Of a stretch of DNA of 64,000 nucleotides, positions 39,211-49,247 are shown one piece after another; the stretch's first letter is position 1; every line of letters begins with the position of its first letter. The translations under genes were made by a program, and so were the position numbers. The notes beneath the pieces were generated by a model. The model did not search any database, was not told where the DNA came from, and saw nothing but the letters and a program-made list of their open reading frames with translations. The DNA is from Chloroflexota bacterium (GTDB lineage Bacteria > Chloroflexota > Dehalococcoidia > UBA2247 > RBG-13-53-26): contig JAPLHP010000036.1 of NCBI GenBank assembly GCA_026389585.1, positions 41,366 through 105,365 of the forward strand, given 5' to 3'.

Positions 39211-41976
39211 CTACCATGGCCGCATCAATGCTTCCCTCTTCGCAGCTCCGCTCAAGACCTGGGCACAGGACTCCCAGTCTGTGCGCTCGATTTTCTGATA
39301 ACGGATCTCGAACGGGTGCTTCTCAGGAACGGCATCAATGATGCGCTTGGCTTGCTCCTCCTCACCGATAGCAACGTCAATCCAGACATCTTCAAGTACG
39401 TCAGGAATCTGCCCAAACAGGCTAAATATACTCTGAAGCCTAATGGACAATAATTGGTGAACGCGATCCTCGACAGATCCCAAGTAGCGCATGTTGTAGA
39501 CGTATACAATATCGTTGAGCTGCCCGATACGCTGTATCCTACCTTTGCGTTGTTCGAGACGCGTGGGATTCCATGGAAGGTCCAGGTTGATGAGCGTGCC
39601 GAGTCTCTGAAGGTTCAGCCCCTCAGATGCGGCGTCAGTCCCGAGCAGGAGGCGGATCTGCCCATTACGCACGCCAGCCTTAATCTCCTCCCGGTCGACC
39701 GGCGTGAATGAGCCGTCCTTCCACATGCCGGATTTACCGCTGCCTGCGTAAATAGCGATTGGCTCGTCGGGGAAGTCAAGGACGAGTTCTTTGGCCAGCC
39801 ACTGCACTGAATCATAGTACTGGCTGAAGACGATGCACCCCTTATCGAGCCAGCTTCGCCCCCGGAGGCAATCAAGGACTACGGAGTACTTGGGGTCTCG
39901 CTCCTGATTGGCTTCAAGCGCCTTGACGAATCTTTCGAGCAATACCCGCTCCTCATCGGTCAGAGTCTTTAACGTGCTCAGGGATGCGGCAGGATTCTCA
40001 TCCTCGCTCTCCGCGTCCGAATCCAAGGTGAACGAGCCGAGGTCTCGCCACGACGCCAGCATGGTCTCGGCTGTGGCTTTGCCTGCCGCGATACTGCTGC
40101 CCACCCGGCGCAGGAGGAGCGTGCGAAGAAAACCTGAGCCCTTCATGCGGGCACCAAGCTGCCGACAGAACTCCTCAGCCAGTTGGTATGCATCTCTGAG
40201 GAAGAGGGGTAAGCGGATGGCATCCTCGTCGCGATCCCCTAGAAGTTCGACACGGATCGGTTTTAGGTACGGCTCGCCGGTTTCAGGGTCGATTGTCTCC
40301 TCAAGATACTTGCGGCTCCGCCGTACGATATGGCGGATGAACGGATTATGCTGGTCAACAAAACGAGGGAACATGGCGTGCACACGGGCCTTGTCGGGAG
40401 GATTAAGACGGTCCCAATCGCTGCCGCCGGCAGACACTTCCATGTCGGTCATTCCCAGCGACCGACGCAGGATCTCGAAATCTCGATGCTCGGAGGATGG
40501 GGGTAATGGTGTGCGGACCCATTGCCACATGTCCAGTTCATCCTCCAGCTGTCTCGCCGTGCCCAGTACCAGCGGCAGGGCTCTTTCGGCATGGTGCCAC
40601 TCACTCCATGCGCCACCAAGGACAGCCTCGCTACCACGGCTCAGGATGTCAAGGAGATCCCAAGCCTCCACAGGGCGGATCTGAACGGGTGTCGCAGTCG
40701 CCAGGAGCATGCTCTTGGTGTGCTTTGACAGTTCATAGAGGAATTGAAGCAAGTTGTTCGGATCAGGTTTCTCCCCGTCACGACCTTCGCCCAAGTTTCG
40801 ACGGCGGGCGTTGTGTGCCTCGTCAACGATGATGCATTCATAGTCAAGGTGTTTGAGGTGCTCAGAATCCTCGCACTGAAAGACGGCCCTTGAAGTAGGA
40901 ACAATGCCAACGCGCCGCGGACAATTGCGTATTGCCTGGGGACCAACAGAAGGGTACTCGACACCGCGCTCATCCACCCATTGCTTCCCTGTCCATACGG
41001 CGGAGGGCATGTCAAGCAGGTCGTTGAGCTCATCCCGCCACTGCCAGACAAGCGCTTTCGGTGCGAGCACCAGGATTGGTTTGGTGCTGCATAGGGCCAT
41101 CAGCTCAGCCGCCATGGCGAGCTGAATGGTCTTGCCAAGGCCGACCTGGTCGGCGAGAACAAATCGCGCTCCTCCGGGGCTATTGAGATGTGCATCGAAC
41201 GCCAGCTTCACGAAGAACTTCTGGTGCTCCCAGAGACCCGCCTGCTGACGATAGACCGATGCCTCGATAAAGACCGATGCAGGTGTTGGAGCCACTGGCA
41301 ACGTGCCTGAGGGCCTCGCCCAGTCCTCCACCGAACTTATGACAGAGCGTTTGCTGAGGCGAGCGACATCTTCGATGACAAATTCCGCAAGCGGCACCGC
41401 GGCATGGTGAGTCCATAGGGCATCAAACTCTTCTTGGACCCAGGCCACAGCCTCCGGCGATGAGTCTTCCCACAGAAGTTCGTAATTCAGTGTCCATGCT
41501 GACCGTGATTCATTGACGCTGCCCAAGAAGGCAGTGCGACTCCCATCAGCAAGCATGATTACCCCGGCCTTGCCGTGAACGAGCCCGAAGTACTCATCCG
41601 GGAGCACTCTCACTTGTAGCTTCCCGCTGCGCAGGAACTCGTGAAGACGCGAAAAGCGGTTACGAGTTGCCTCTCCCCCAGATTCGACCAGCGTCTCGGG
41701 ACGCGAGCTACACCACTCCTGTCGAACGGCTGCAGCGGCGGCTCGAGCTGTGGCAACGTCTTGAGGTCGCAGCCCCGAGTTGCACACGATGCGTACAAGT
41801 CCGGTCACGCTCTCAATGGCTTCGCCAGCCACCTCAAGGATAGATCCGGAGAAGTATCCGGCGATGCGGTCATAAGCTTGCGCACCATGCAGGCGGTCTG
41901 TGAAGAATGACCGGTCCAGTCGTTGCCGCCTGGAGGAAAAACGCCGAATTTGGCTGTGGGCAACAGGGTCGTTCAT
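39211..41976 (-). CDS. PLD-family nuclease domain fused to SNF2/DEAD-like helicase
   Basis: N-terminal HKD motif (HGKAGVIM...GSVNES). Helicase motifs: Walker A GLGKT, DEAH box IIVDEAHNARR, C-terminal helicase motif LLLGTDAASEGLNLQ, motif VI QRKGRIQRIGQ. Start taken at MNDPVAHSQ. Confidence 0.8.
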   Translation of the reverse strand: MNDPVAHSQIRRFSSRRQRLDRSFFTDRLHGAQAYDRIAGYFSGSILEVAGEAIESVTGLVRIVCNSGLRPQDVATARAAAAAVRQEWCSSRPETLVESGGEATRNRFSRLHEFLRSGKLQVRVLPDEYFGLVHGKAGVIMLADGSRTAFLGSVNESRSAWTLNYELLWEDSSPEAVAWVQEEFDALWTHHAAVPLAEFVIEDVARLSKRSVISSVEDWARPSGTLPVAPTPASVFIEASVYRQQAGLWEHQKFFVKLAFDAHLNSPGGARFVLADQVGLGKTIQLAMAAELMALCSTKPILVLAPKALVWQWRDELNDLLDMPSAVWTGKQWVDERGVEYPSVGPQAIRNCPRRVGIVPTSRAVFQCEDSEHLKHLDYECIIVDEAHNARRRNLGEGRDGEKPDPNNLLQFLYELSKHTKSMLLATATPVQIRPVEAWDLLDILSRGSEAVLGGAWSEWHHAERALPLVLGTARQLEDELDMWQWVRTPLPPSSEHRDFEILRRSLGMTDMEVSAGGSDWDRLNPPDKARVHAMFPRFVDQHNPFIRHIVRRSRKYLEETIDPETGEPYLKPIRVELLGDRDEDAIRLPLFLRDAYQLAEEFCRQLGARMKGSGFLRTLLLRRVGSSIAAGKATAETMLASWRDLGSFTLDSDAESEDENPAASLSTLKTLTDEERVLLERFVKALEANQERDPKYSVVLDCLRGRSWLDKGCIVFSQYYDSVQWLAKELVLDFPDEPIAIYAGSGKSGMWKDGSFTPVDREEIKAGVRNGQIRLLLGTDAASEGLNLQRLGTLINLDLPWNPTRLEQRKGRIQRIGQLNDIVYVYNMRYLGSVEDRVHQLLSIRLQSIFSLFGQIPDVLEDVWIDVAIGEEEQAKRIIDAVPEKHPFEIRYQKIERTDWESCAQVLSGAAKREALMRPW

Positions 41977-41983
41977 GGTCTCC

Positions 41984-44974
41984 TCATACGTTGTCCTGCC
42001 GGTTCCGTAACGCACCAGCTAGCAACGCCGCCGCCTCGGCATCCTTGTGCCAGTGAACCAACGAAGTGTGATGGCGCAGCGCTGCGAGAAACTCCAGTAT
42101 GTCGATCAGGCGGGCTCGGTTGCTGGCGTAGTCTTTGATCTCCGTGGTGAACCATGTGATGGCTTCGCGTGTGCTGTCCATTTCTGTGGTCATGAAGACT
42201 CCGAACAATGCGTGGCGCACTAATGTGTCGCCGAAGCCATCTCCACCAAGATCCTTACGGCCGAATTCGCTGGCGGTTTTGAGGCGAGTCTGGTTGGCCT
42301 TCGTGCTGGCCAGAAGCGGTTTGTACTCCCTGACGCCGAAGCCGCGGGCGAGTTCTTGATATACCCCATTTCGATACTCACCGTGGCTCTCCATCTCCAA
42401 ACCCTTGAGGTAAAGCCGCTCAACAGCGGCCAAAGATTTCCACAAATGCCTATCAATGCCACGTGGCACCAAGTGGTCGCAGGCGATGGCCACAGCCTTG
42501 CGGATGACATCTTCTACTGGCGATACTTCTCCGCGGGCGCGAGTGCGGGTAAGCTCGTAGTTGACATCTATCTCTTCGATATTCTTGGAGGTGAGCACGC
42601 GTAGGGCAGCAGCATAGGCGGCAAGCTGGTAGTCTGTGTCGGCAAAGCTGGGGTCTCTCTCGTCGTCCATGGCGAGCATCGAGTCGAGCTGGTGTCGGAC
42701 CTCTGTTTCGACCTCAGGGTACACTTCGTCAAGGAAAGATGCCCCCTGCGGGCTCTGCTTGCGGAGGATCAGCAGCACAGTGCCTTGCACATAGTTGCCT
42801 TCCTTAAGAGGTGAGGATGTCTCGGTGGCGATGCACCAAGCTGCGGTTACGCGCAGTCCTGCGGCCCACAGGATGAGAGCCAGATCAGCCCACACGCCAG
42901 CGTCCTGATGGGTGAACATAACAACCTGCAGGCCGTTGTCAGGCATGTGCTGAGCCATGTTGCGGTAGCAGTCGACCATCGCCTTGCGAAAGCTGTCGTC
43001 ACTGCCCTTCACCGCCAGAGCTCGTTTAGAATCTGCATACCATTCTGGAAAGAGTTTGACAAGGTGAGTCTCGTACCAAGCAAGGAAGTATTCGGAGAGT
43101 TCATCATATTGAATGGCATCACCGTACGGGGGATCGGTGATCCACAGATCAGATACGTAGCCGCACTGACGAGCGTCAAGTGCCAGCACTTTGCCGCTGC
43201 CCACCACTTGCGCCCGGTTGATTAGGGCCATCCAAGTTGTTTGGAGGGCTGGCAAAGGCCTGACCCCAAAGTTGGATAGAGTGTTCAAAGCTTGGTTGCT
43301 GAAAGTCTGTTCAGTCTTCTCATTTGCTGCATTGGAGTGCCAACGGCAAAGCCGTGAGTTCCAGTCACTGCACCGGCCTATTGCCAAGACAAGAGCTGCT
43401 TCTTCCGCCGGAGAAGCTCCGGCATCGGCCGCAGCAGCGGCAAGCAAGCCGTTGACGAGAAGTTGCCTCGGTGTGAAGAGGTGGTGCCAGTGTGTCCAGC
43501 CACGCGTCCGAATGGGCTCGTCTGTCTTCACGCCCGGCTCGATCCGGCGACTTGGGATGAAGCCCTTCTGCTGCCAGTCCGTAAAATGCTCCATCAGGAG
43601 ATCCAATACACGCTGCTCACGCGCAAGGTCCTTAGCTGTCGGTGAGCGATAGTACCGCGCGCTGTGCTCCTTCCCTCCCACGTCGGTCCAGGTGTCAACC
43701 CAGCGGATGCAGTATAGGCGCTCGCCGAAAACATCACCATCGCGTGGAACGATATCGCCATTCTCCCAGCCTCTGAGCAAGCTTCTACTCTCGCTGAAGG
43801 TTCCGCGTCCATCTCCCCGTATCGCGCGAATCGGGGTGGGGTGAGCTTTGCACTGCGGGCAAATCAGTTCTGATTCCTTGGCTGTACCTGCTCGGTGTGC
43901 GGCTTCCAGCGCCTCATCCAAGACGCCTTGGACTATCTCGAAATCATAGCAGCAACGCTTGTCATTTGGCACAAGGCGTGCAATCGTTCTGCTGCCCCTT
44001 CCAATAACCCAGGAGGATGCAAGCGGTATGCGCCAGTTGCACTCGGGACACGTGACCTCGACACAATACAAGTAGGCATCGGCCCGCCAGCGTCGGCCCG
44101 TTTTGGGATCAGGCTCGCTGTGTTCAATGCCCCATGCGGTCACTTGGCGATCAACTTGTTCGAAAACAGTTCGCTGGATTCTCTGGACTCCTTCTGCTAC
44201 CTTTGGCACACCCCCCACGATCTTCAACGCGGCCCACGTAAGCAGTGCCGCCACCGGGTTCAAGTCGCTGCCATAGGCCTCACAGCCAATGCGGGCCGCC
44301 TCAAAGGGAACCGACCCGCCACCACAAAAGCAGTCGCCCACCCGAGGGACATGGCCAAAGCGGTTCTGGCCAAGCTCGGCAACTAAGTCAGCAAGCGAGG
44401 CGGCATGGGTACCAAGATGGGCATTGATAATCCGCCACGATTCGGCAGATGGTCCATCAACTTGCTCCGGGCGGACGCAGTATTCCTGCTGTTCGTCGTA
44501 CGATAGGCCGAGGAAAACTCGATGCTGCAGCTCATCCTTCTCGTGGCTTGTAATGCCTTTCTTGAGTTTGGGTTCCGTATCCGTAGAGCCAAGGTCGAAG
44601 TAGCGGCTTTGATCTGTGGGCCCAAGACATCGAAACAACTTGGCCGCCGGTATGTTCTTTGACTTGCGGCCGAGCATTCCGTCTTCATCCATAGTCATCA
44701 GTCGTAGGAAGACTTCTCGGTCTCGGGCTGCGTCAGTAGTTGCGGGCAAGAGCAGACCCAGGATTGTGGCTCGGCAGAGCACAAGGGGTTTACGCCCCCA
44801 CCACTTCCCCAGGCCGGTCAAAGTCTGGCTCTGTTTTGCGGTCCGCTCAGCATAACTCTCCTTCGAGAGCTTCGAGACGGGAAACTGAGTCTCAATTAGG
44901 CATAGCTCGGAACGCTGGAGCGATGCCGTGTGTTGTGCCGTTTCTGTGACTGTGGTCGGCATGTCTCTATTCAT
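41984..44974 (-). CDS. DUF1156 (COG1743) Zn-ribbon-containing DNA amino-methyltransferase
   Basis: 996 aa. N-terminal ETQFPVSKLSKESYAERTAKQ...GKWWGRKP is DUF1156-like. SAM-MTase motif IV WITDPPYGD. Cys clusters CPEC...CPQC. Confidence 0.75.
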   Translation of the reverse strand: MNRDMPTTVTETAQHTASLQRSELCLIETQFPVSKLSKESYAERTAKQSQTLTGLGKWWGRKPLVLCRATILGLLLPATTDAARDREVFLRLMTMDEDGMLGRKSKNIPAAKLFRCLGPTDQSRYFDLGSTDTEPKLKKGITSHEKDELQHRVFLGLSYDEQQEYCVRPEQVDGPSAESWRIINAHLGTHAASLADLVAELGQNRFGHVPRVGDCFCGGGSVPFEAARIGCEAYGSDLNPVAALLTWAALKIVGGVPKVAEGVQRIQRTVFEQVDRQVTAWGIEHSEPDPKTGRRWRADAYLYCVEVTCPECNWRIPLASSWVIGRGSRTIARLVPNDKRCCYDFEIVQGVLDEALEAAHRAGTAKESELICPQCKAHPTPIRAIRGDGRGTFSESRSLLRGWENGDIVPRDGDVFGERLYCIRWVDTWTDVGGKEHSARYYRSPTAKDLAREQRVLDLLMEHFTDWQQKGFIPSRRIEPGVKTDEPIRTRGWTHWHHLFTPRQLLVNGLLAAAAADAGASPAEEAALVLAIGRCSDWNSRLCRWHSNAANEKTEQTFSNQALNTLSNFGVRPLPALQTTWMALINRAQVVGSGKVLALDARQCGYVSDLWITDPPYGDAIQYDELSEYFLAWYETHLVKLFPEWYADSKRALAVKGSDDSFRKAMVDCYRNMAQHMPDNGLQVVMFTHQDAGVWADLALILWAAGLRVTAAWCIATETSSPLKEGNYVQGTVLLILRKQSPQGASFLDEVYPEVETEVRHQLDSMLAMDDERDPSFADTDYQLAAYAAALRVLTSKNIEEIDVNYELTRTRARGEVSPVEDVIRKAVAIACDHLVPRGIDRHLWKSLAAVERLYLKGLEMESHGEYRNGVYQELARGFGVREYKPLLASTKANQTRLKTASEFGRKDLGGDGFGDTLVRHALFGVFMTTEMDSTREAITWFTTEIKDYASNRARLIDILEFLAALRHHTSLVHWHKDAEAAALLAGALRNRQDNV

Positions 44975-44988
44975 GGTTCATCCCGAGT

Positions 44989-45732
44989 CTATTGAGAGCG
45001 GCTCGAATCTGACCCAAAGCCCAGCTGATTCGCCGCTTTTGCTCGCCGCGTTTTCCGTGACTTCCTGGCACTCCCTGTTGAGCTATGGGCTGTGCCCTCT
45101 TGAGCTGTAAGCTGGTCGGATTCGCTCATTGACTGGCTCACTAAGCGGAAGAACTCTGGCACAATCGGCTGATCGGGAGGACGGTCAGAGACCGGGTTCT
45201 CAGTCAGGGCAAATCGCACTGCCTTGCGCCAACCTCGCCCTCGGCCATCGGCGTAGCTGCCGGTAGCCGCCGCCGTCATGGTGTATAGCCACCAGCGCTC
45301 CTCGGGTGTCAGTCCCCGCCAGTTGGCGACCGCCGTAGGTATGAGGGCAGGGTCAGCATCTTCAAGAGCCCAGGTGAGGAGGGTCAGTTCTTTACCCAGC
45401 ATGCGGCTAACCGTATTGTAACCAGCTTTCCAGCGCCCCGGACGTTTGCCCTCTCTCTTGAGGCGCAAGTTGAACTCCGCGCGCACCAAGTCGGCGACTG
45501 CGTTCCATTTCGGCCGATCAAGTTGGCTTTTCACCTGGCCATCAAGACGCTCACCGTAGTGAACCGAATCGGCGATGCGATCGGGATCCCACGACAGATG
45601 TTCACTGATTGTGATGGGTTGCGTCGTGCCAGCAGGAATGTGAACCAGGAAATGGGAAACTGACTGGTTGGGGTCAAAGCCGAAAGTGTCGACAAGCACG
45701 TCCGGACTAGGTTTCTGGTTACGTTCAGCCAC
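44989..45732 (-). CDS. DUF3780-like protein (inferred from position between DUF499 and DUF1156 genes)
   Basis: 247 aa. Position and size match the DUF499-DUF3780-DUF1156-helicase arrangement predicted in defense islands. Family call relies on synteny, not verified motifs. Confidence 0.45.
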   Translation of the reverse strand: MAERNQKPSPDVLVDTFGFDPNQSVSHFLVHIPAGTTQPITISEHLSWDPDRIADSVHYGERLDGQVKSQLDRPKWNAVADLVRAEFNLRLKREGKRPGRWKAGYNTVSRMLGKELTLLTWALEDADPALIPTAVANWRGLTPEERWWLYTMTAAATGSYADGRGRGWRKAVRFALTENPVSDRPPDQPIVPEFFRLVSQSMSESDQLTAQEGTAHSSTGSARKSRKTRRAKAANQLGFGSDSSRSQ

Positions 45733-48700
45733 TATTGCCTCACCTCTGAAGCCTGATAGTCGGTCTTGTTCTCATTGATCCAGTCGAGGAACCCCTGCCC
45801 GCGCTCAAAGTGGAGGGCCGATACCTCGATACCGAGTTGACCTTCGTTGGTGAGCTTGCGGACGGCATCGGCGGCCTCCCGCAGGGCATCCGCACCAAGT
45901 TGGATCTTCTCATGCAGAGTGAGCTCAGCCCAACGGTTGCCCGTCACGCTGACCTTGATTCCACTCATGGACATGGGATGAGCCTTCAGTCTCTCCAGGA
46001 AACCATACGACTCGAGCGTGGTGTTAAACTCATGACGCCTGGTCCACGTCAGGGGTCTATCGGGGTCAATTTGCTTGTCCGTGTCGGGTCTGTCCCAAAG
46101 TATCTCGGCAGTCAACACTTCCGAGACGACGTCGCCGTGCATCGCTACCGCCAGGACGAACCGCGTGCCACGATGGACCTCGAAAGGCTCCTCGTAAGTA
46201 CCACCGGAAACCTTGGGGTCTGAGCCATCCGTGGTGTACTTGATCTCGGTGCGCCCGTCCTTGTTGGGGGCAGCTCGGAGCTCAACAATCTTGTTCCCTC
46301 TCTTGCCCGCGTAGGTCTTGTATTTCAAAGTCAGGCGGTTGCGCCACTTGTGATCCGGGCCAGAAGCATGCGTTCGCGTAGAATCCACGGCCAGAAACGA
46401 GACCTCCATTTCGCTCGTTCGATAAAGACCCTGCTCGACCTTCTGGGAGGCTTCCGTCGCATCAGCGCCGACTTCGGCGTACACAGTGTCGCCGTGCACA
46501 GGCGTAACCTTCAACTCCACCTCTCCAGTATCTTCATGGCGTGAGCGCTCCTGTATCTGCACCGAAGTGGTCTTGGGTGGTGGTGGGTTCCGGTCAACGT
46601 AGCCCGCCGGATCCTCGCGCCAGACCTCACGGTATACAAGATCATCCTTGATAGCATCGAGCGCCTCGCGACGGTGCCACTGCCACTGAGGGTTCATGGC
46701 AGCACGTCGCTTGACTTCGCTCCACAACATAACGGGTGTCGTAAACAGACGCGCTTCAATCTTCTTGCGGAATGTATCGCTCGTAACGTCTTCGGTGTAC
46801 TTCTGCTTGTCCTTCAAGACCTGGATGACCTGGTCCTCGCCGTTGTACTTGTTCCCCTCGTACTTCATCAGGAAGTCAGCAGAAAGGAAGACATCCGTAT
46901 CATTTTGACGGAAGGGGTAGTACAGAGTCGAGAATGTCTCTTTGACCGCTGAGAGGAACTGGCCCAGAATGCGATCCCGGAGTTCATCTGCCTGCTTGAA
47001 CTGAGGGTCCGTCTGAGGAGTCTTGTCCGCCTCCATTTCGTCGAGAATATGTTGGATAGCCTTGAGCCGCTTGGCGCTGTCGATTAGTGTGTCGAAGGTA
47101 TTGCGCGAACCCGTCAAGACGGCGATACGATTCTTGAAGGGAGTCTGCCCGTAGAATTGGACGAGTTGGGGGTTCAGACCCTGGCCAACGTAGGGCTCGG
47201 AGATGACGAGAGAGATGCGATCCTGGAACACTTGAATCTCGTCGATGGACGGCAGCACCAGTACTTCCTGATAGCACCAGCCCATCGGCGGTTTGAAAAG
47301 GGTCTTGAGGCGCTCTCTGAGTTCTTTCAATGCCTGTTCTCGGACATATGCAGTGGACAGCGACTCCAGCTTCGCGACGAGGTTCTGGACGTTCTTGAAG
47401 AACAGCCTGCCGTCACGATTGGAGTGGAGGTACCAGGCTGCAGTGGCAAGCTTCTCGAGAATATCGCTCTTGAGACGGGCCAGATTCCTACCGGGCGCGC
47501 AGAGGTAGCCCACCACTTCCGGGATGGTTAGGCCGACAACAGCATTCGGGACATTGGCCAGCGAAGACATGAAGATGAGCCGACATGCGTCCTGCGTGTC
47601 ATTCGTGCCCAGGTTCTGATCCATGACTTCGGCGACTGCTTTCCCCTGAGATGCAATATCGTGGGCCACGGCGTTGTCCAGTGTGGGGTTGATCTGGCGG
47701 ATTTCCGACAGGGTCTCGGGGTCGTTCAAGTCTATGTTGTGCACGCCAATGAGATACACCTTCTCCGCTTCCCCCGATTGCCACAGTCGCGAGGTGATGA
47801 TGCGCATCAGGCGGATCAGTGCACGGGTCTGCTGGAATCCGGGATTTTCACGAAAGCGTGCATACAGGTCTTTGATCGAAGGGTGGAACGGGTAACTGTC
47901 TTGGATGAACTGCGCAAACTTCTCTGGCGACTGGGCCGTAATGTCCATCTGTCGCGCCTCGCGGATGGCCTTGGCATATGCTTGGGCGACCTCTGTCACC
48001 TCCTCGTTTGGTGGCAGGTCCTTGAACAGGCGCTTCCGCAGGATGTGATAGAACTCATCTGTGTTGATTTGAACCGGCGTCAGGTTCATCGAGTGCCTTT
48101 GGGCCTCGCTCTGAAGCTGCTTCAGCAGGTCGGCGATCTGGGCACTAGCTTCGGCATAAGTGCCGACAAGGTCAGTCAGCACGATGCACACGTTGGCTAG
48201 CTCTTTCTCTGCGACTGCTTCGAAAAGGTTGGTCAGTGCTGTGGCCGTGACGTGCGAAAGATCTGAGTTGCCGACGGCGATTGACTTGGCGTTATCGAGG
48301 TAAGGTGGCAGTTCGTCGAGGAGTATCAGGGTAGGCTTGCCTTTGAGCAGGTTTATCCAGGCTGAGCGGCCCGGAGCCTTCAGCGGCGAATAGTAGTCCT
48401 TGAAGTCGGCATGTCTACCTATCTGACGCGCTATCTCTCCCCAGATACCGTGTGGAACGTCGGTTTCGCGGCCTGAGAAGGCAATGACTCGCACGGGTGG
48501 CAGCGCCTTCGCGCTTGGCAGTCCGGGCAGAACAGCTGCACGGAGTTCCGGATGCTTCGCCAACAGGCCAAGAGTGATGAGGTTATGTGTCTTGCCCCCA
48601 CCCATCGCCTGGGTGAGTTTGAATACTGCCTGCTCCGAACGACCCTCAAGTCGCCGGAGGGCCTCCATAAGCAGAGTTCGCATCCCGTCCGTGACATAGT

Positions 48701-48833
48701 TCTCTTCGAGGAAGGCCCTAGTGTCGATCTTGTCTTCGGCCAGATGCATCAGGTTGAGAACGGTGTCGCGACGAGCCGCGTCGAAGACGCTCTCGCGTGG
48801 TGTGCATAGGGTCTTGATCGATTTCATTTGCAC
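45732..48833 (-). CDS. DUF499 / BrxC-PglY-like P-loop ATPase
   Basis: 1033 aa, Walker A AMGGGKTHNL near the N-terminus, Walker B ILLDELPP. Size and architecture match DUF499. Confidence 0.7.
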   Translation of the reverse strand: MQMKSIKTLCTPRESVFDAARRDTVLNLMHLAEDKIDTRAFLEENYVTDGMRTLLMEALRRLEGRSEQAVFKLTQAMGGGKTHNLITLGLLAKHPELRAAVLPGLPSAKALPPVRVIAFSGRETDVPHGIWGEIARQIGRHADFKDYYSPLKAPGRSAWINLLKGKPTLILLDELPPYLDNAKSIAVGNSDLSHVTATALTNLFEAVAEKELANVCIVLTDLVGTYAEASAQIADLLKQLQSEAQRHSMNLTPVQINTDEFYHILRKRLFKDLPPNEEVTEVAQAYAKAIREARQMDITAQSPEKFAQFIQDSYPFHPSIKDLYARFRENPGFQQTRALIRLMRIITSRLWQSGEAEKVYLIGVHNIDLNDPETLSEIRQINPTLDNAVAHDIASQGKAVAEVMDQNLGTNDTQDACRLIFMSSLANVPNAVVGLTIPEVVGYLCAPGRNLARLKSDILEKLATAAWYLHSNRDGRLFFKNVQNLVAKLESLSTAYVREQALKELRERLKTLFKPPMGWCYQEVLVLPSIDEIQVFQDRISLVISEPYVGQGLNPQLVQFYGQTPFKNRIAVLTGSRNTFDTLIDSAKRLKAIQHILDEMEADKTPQTDPQFKQADELRDRILGQFLSAVKETFSTLYYPFRQNDTDVFLSADFLMKYEGNKYNGEDQVIQVLKDKQKYTEDVTSDTFRKKIEARLFTTPVMLWSEVKRRAAMNPQWQWHRREALDAIKDDLVYREVWREDPAGYVDRNPPPPKTTSVQIQERSRHEDTGEVELKVTPVHGDTVYAEVGADATEASQKVEQGLYRTSEMEVSFLAVDSTRTHASGPDHKWRNRLTLKYKTYAGKRGNKIVELRAAPNKDGRTEIKYTTDGSDPKVSGGTYEEPFEVHRGTRFVLAVAMHGDVVSEVLTAEILWDRPDTDKQIDPDRPLTWTRRHEFNTTLESYGFLERLKAHPMSMSGIKVSVTGNRWAELTLHEKIQLGADALREAADAVRKLTNEGQLGIEVSALHFERGQGFLDWINENKTDYQASEVRQ

Positions 48834-49247
48834 ATCCCTCCTGCCCCGGTCCCATCAGATTGCTCTGGCTGGGCGACCGCGGGCCGATTGTCAATTGTAT
48901 GCCTGATCACGAAATCCTGGCGAAAGCGGCAACATAGCGAAAACAAGGCCTTCTGACAATGCGAATTCTACGACTACCCTTGCTATTGTGCAAGGGATAC
49001 CCTTTTTGGAGCGTGCTCTCCAGGACGCAGATGAAGGGAGTTTGCAGGTAACGAAACAGCGAATTGTTGGATCACAATCTGGACTATTGTTCAACGTTCC
49101 AGCGCTCCGAAACGGCAGCTCTTCTCTTGAACTTGGCAATGATGTAGTATGCATGTAGAATTGGCCAGCACTAAGACGATTGCATTGAAGAGAAGATCGT
49201 AAACAGCGCCGTAATCTTCAGGGAAGATCGGAGGCAGCTAGTAGAAT

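Noticed and set aside
39908-40684. 258-aa Ser/Arg-rich plus-strand ORF and other plus ORFs within 39211-44974
   Set aside because: They are antisense to the PLD-SNF2 and DUF1156 genes. Their composition (SR-rich, many rare codons) is typical of high-GC shadow frames.
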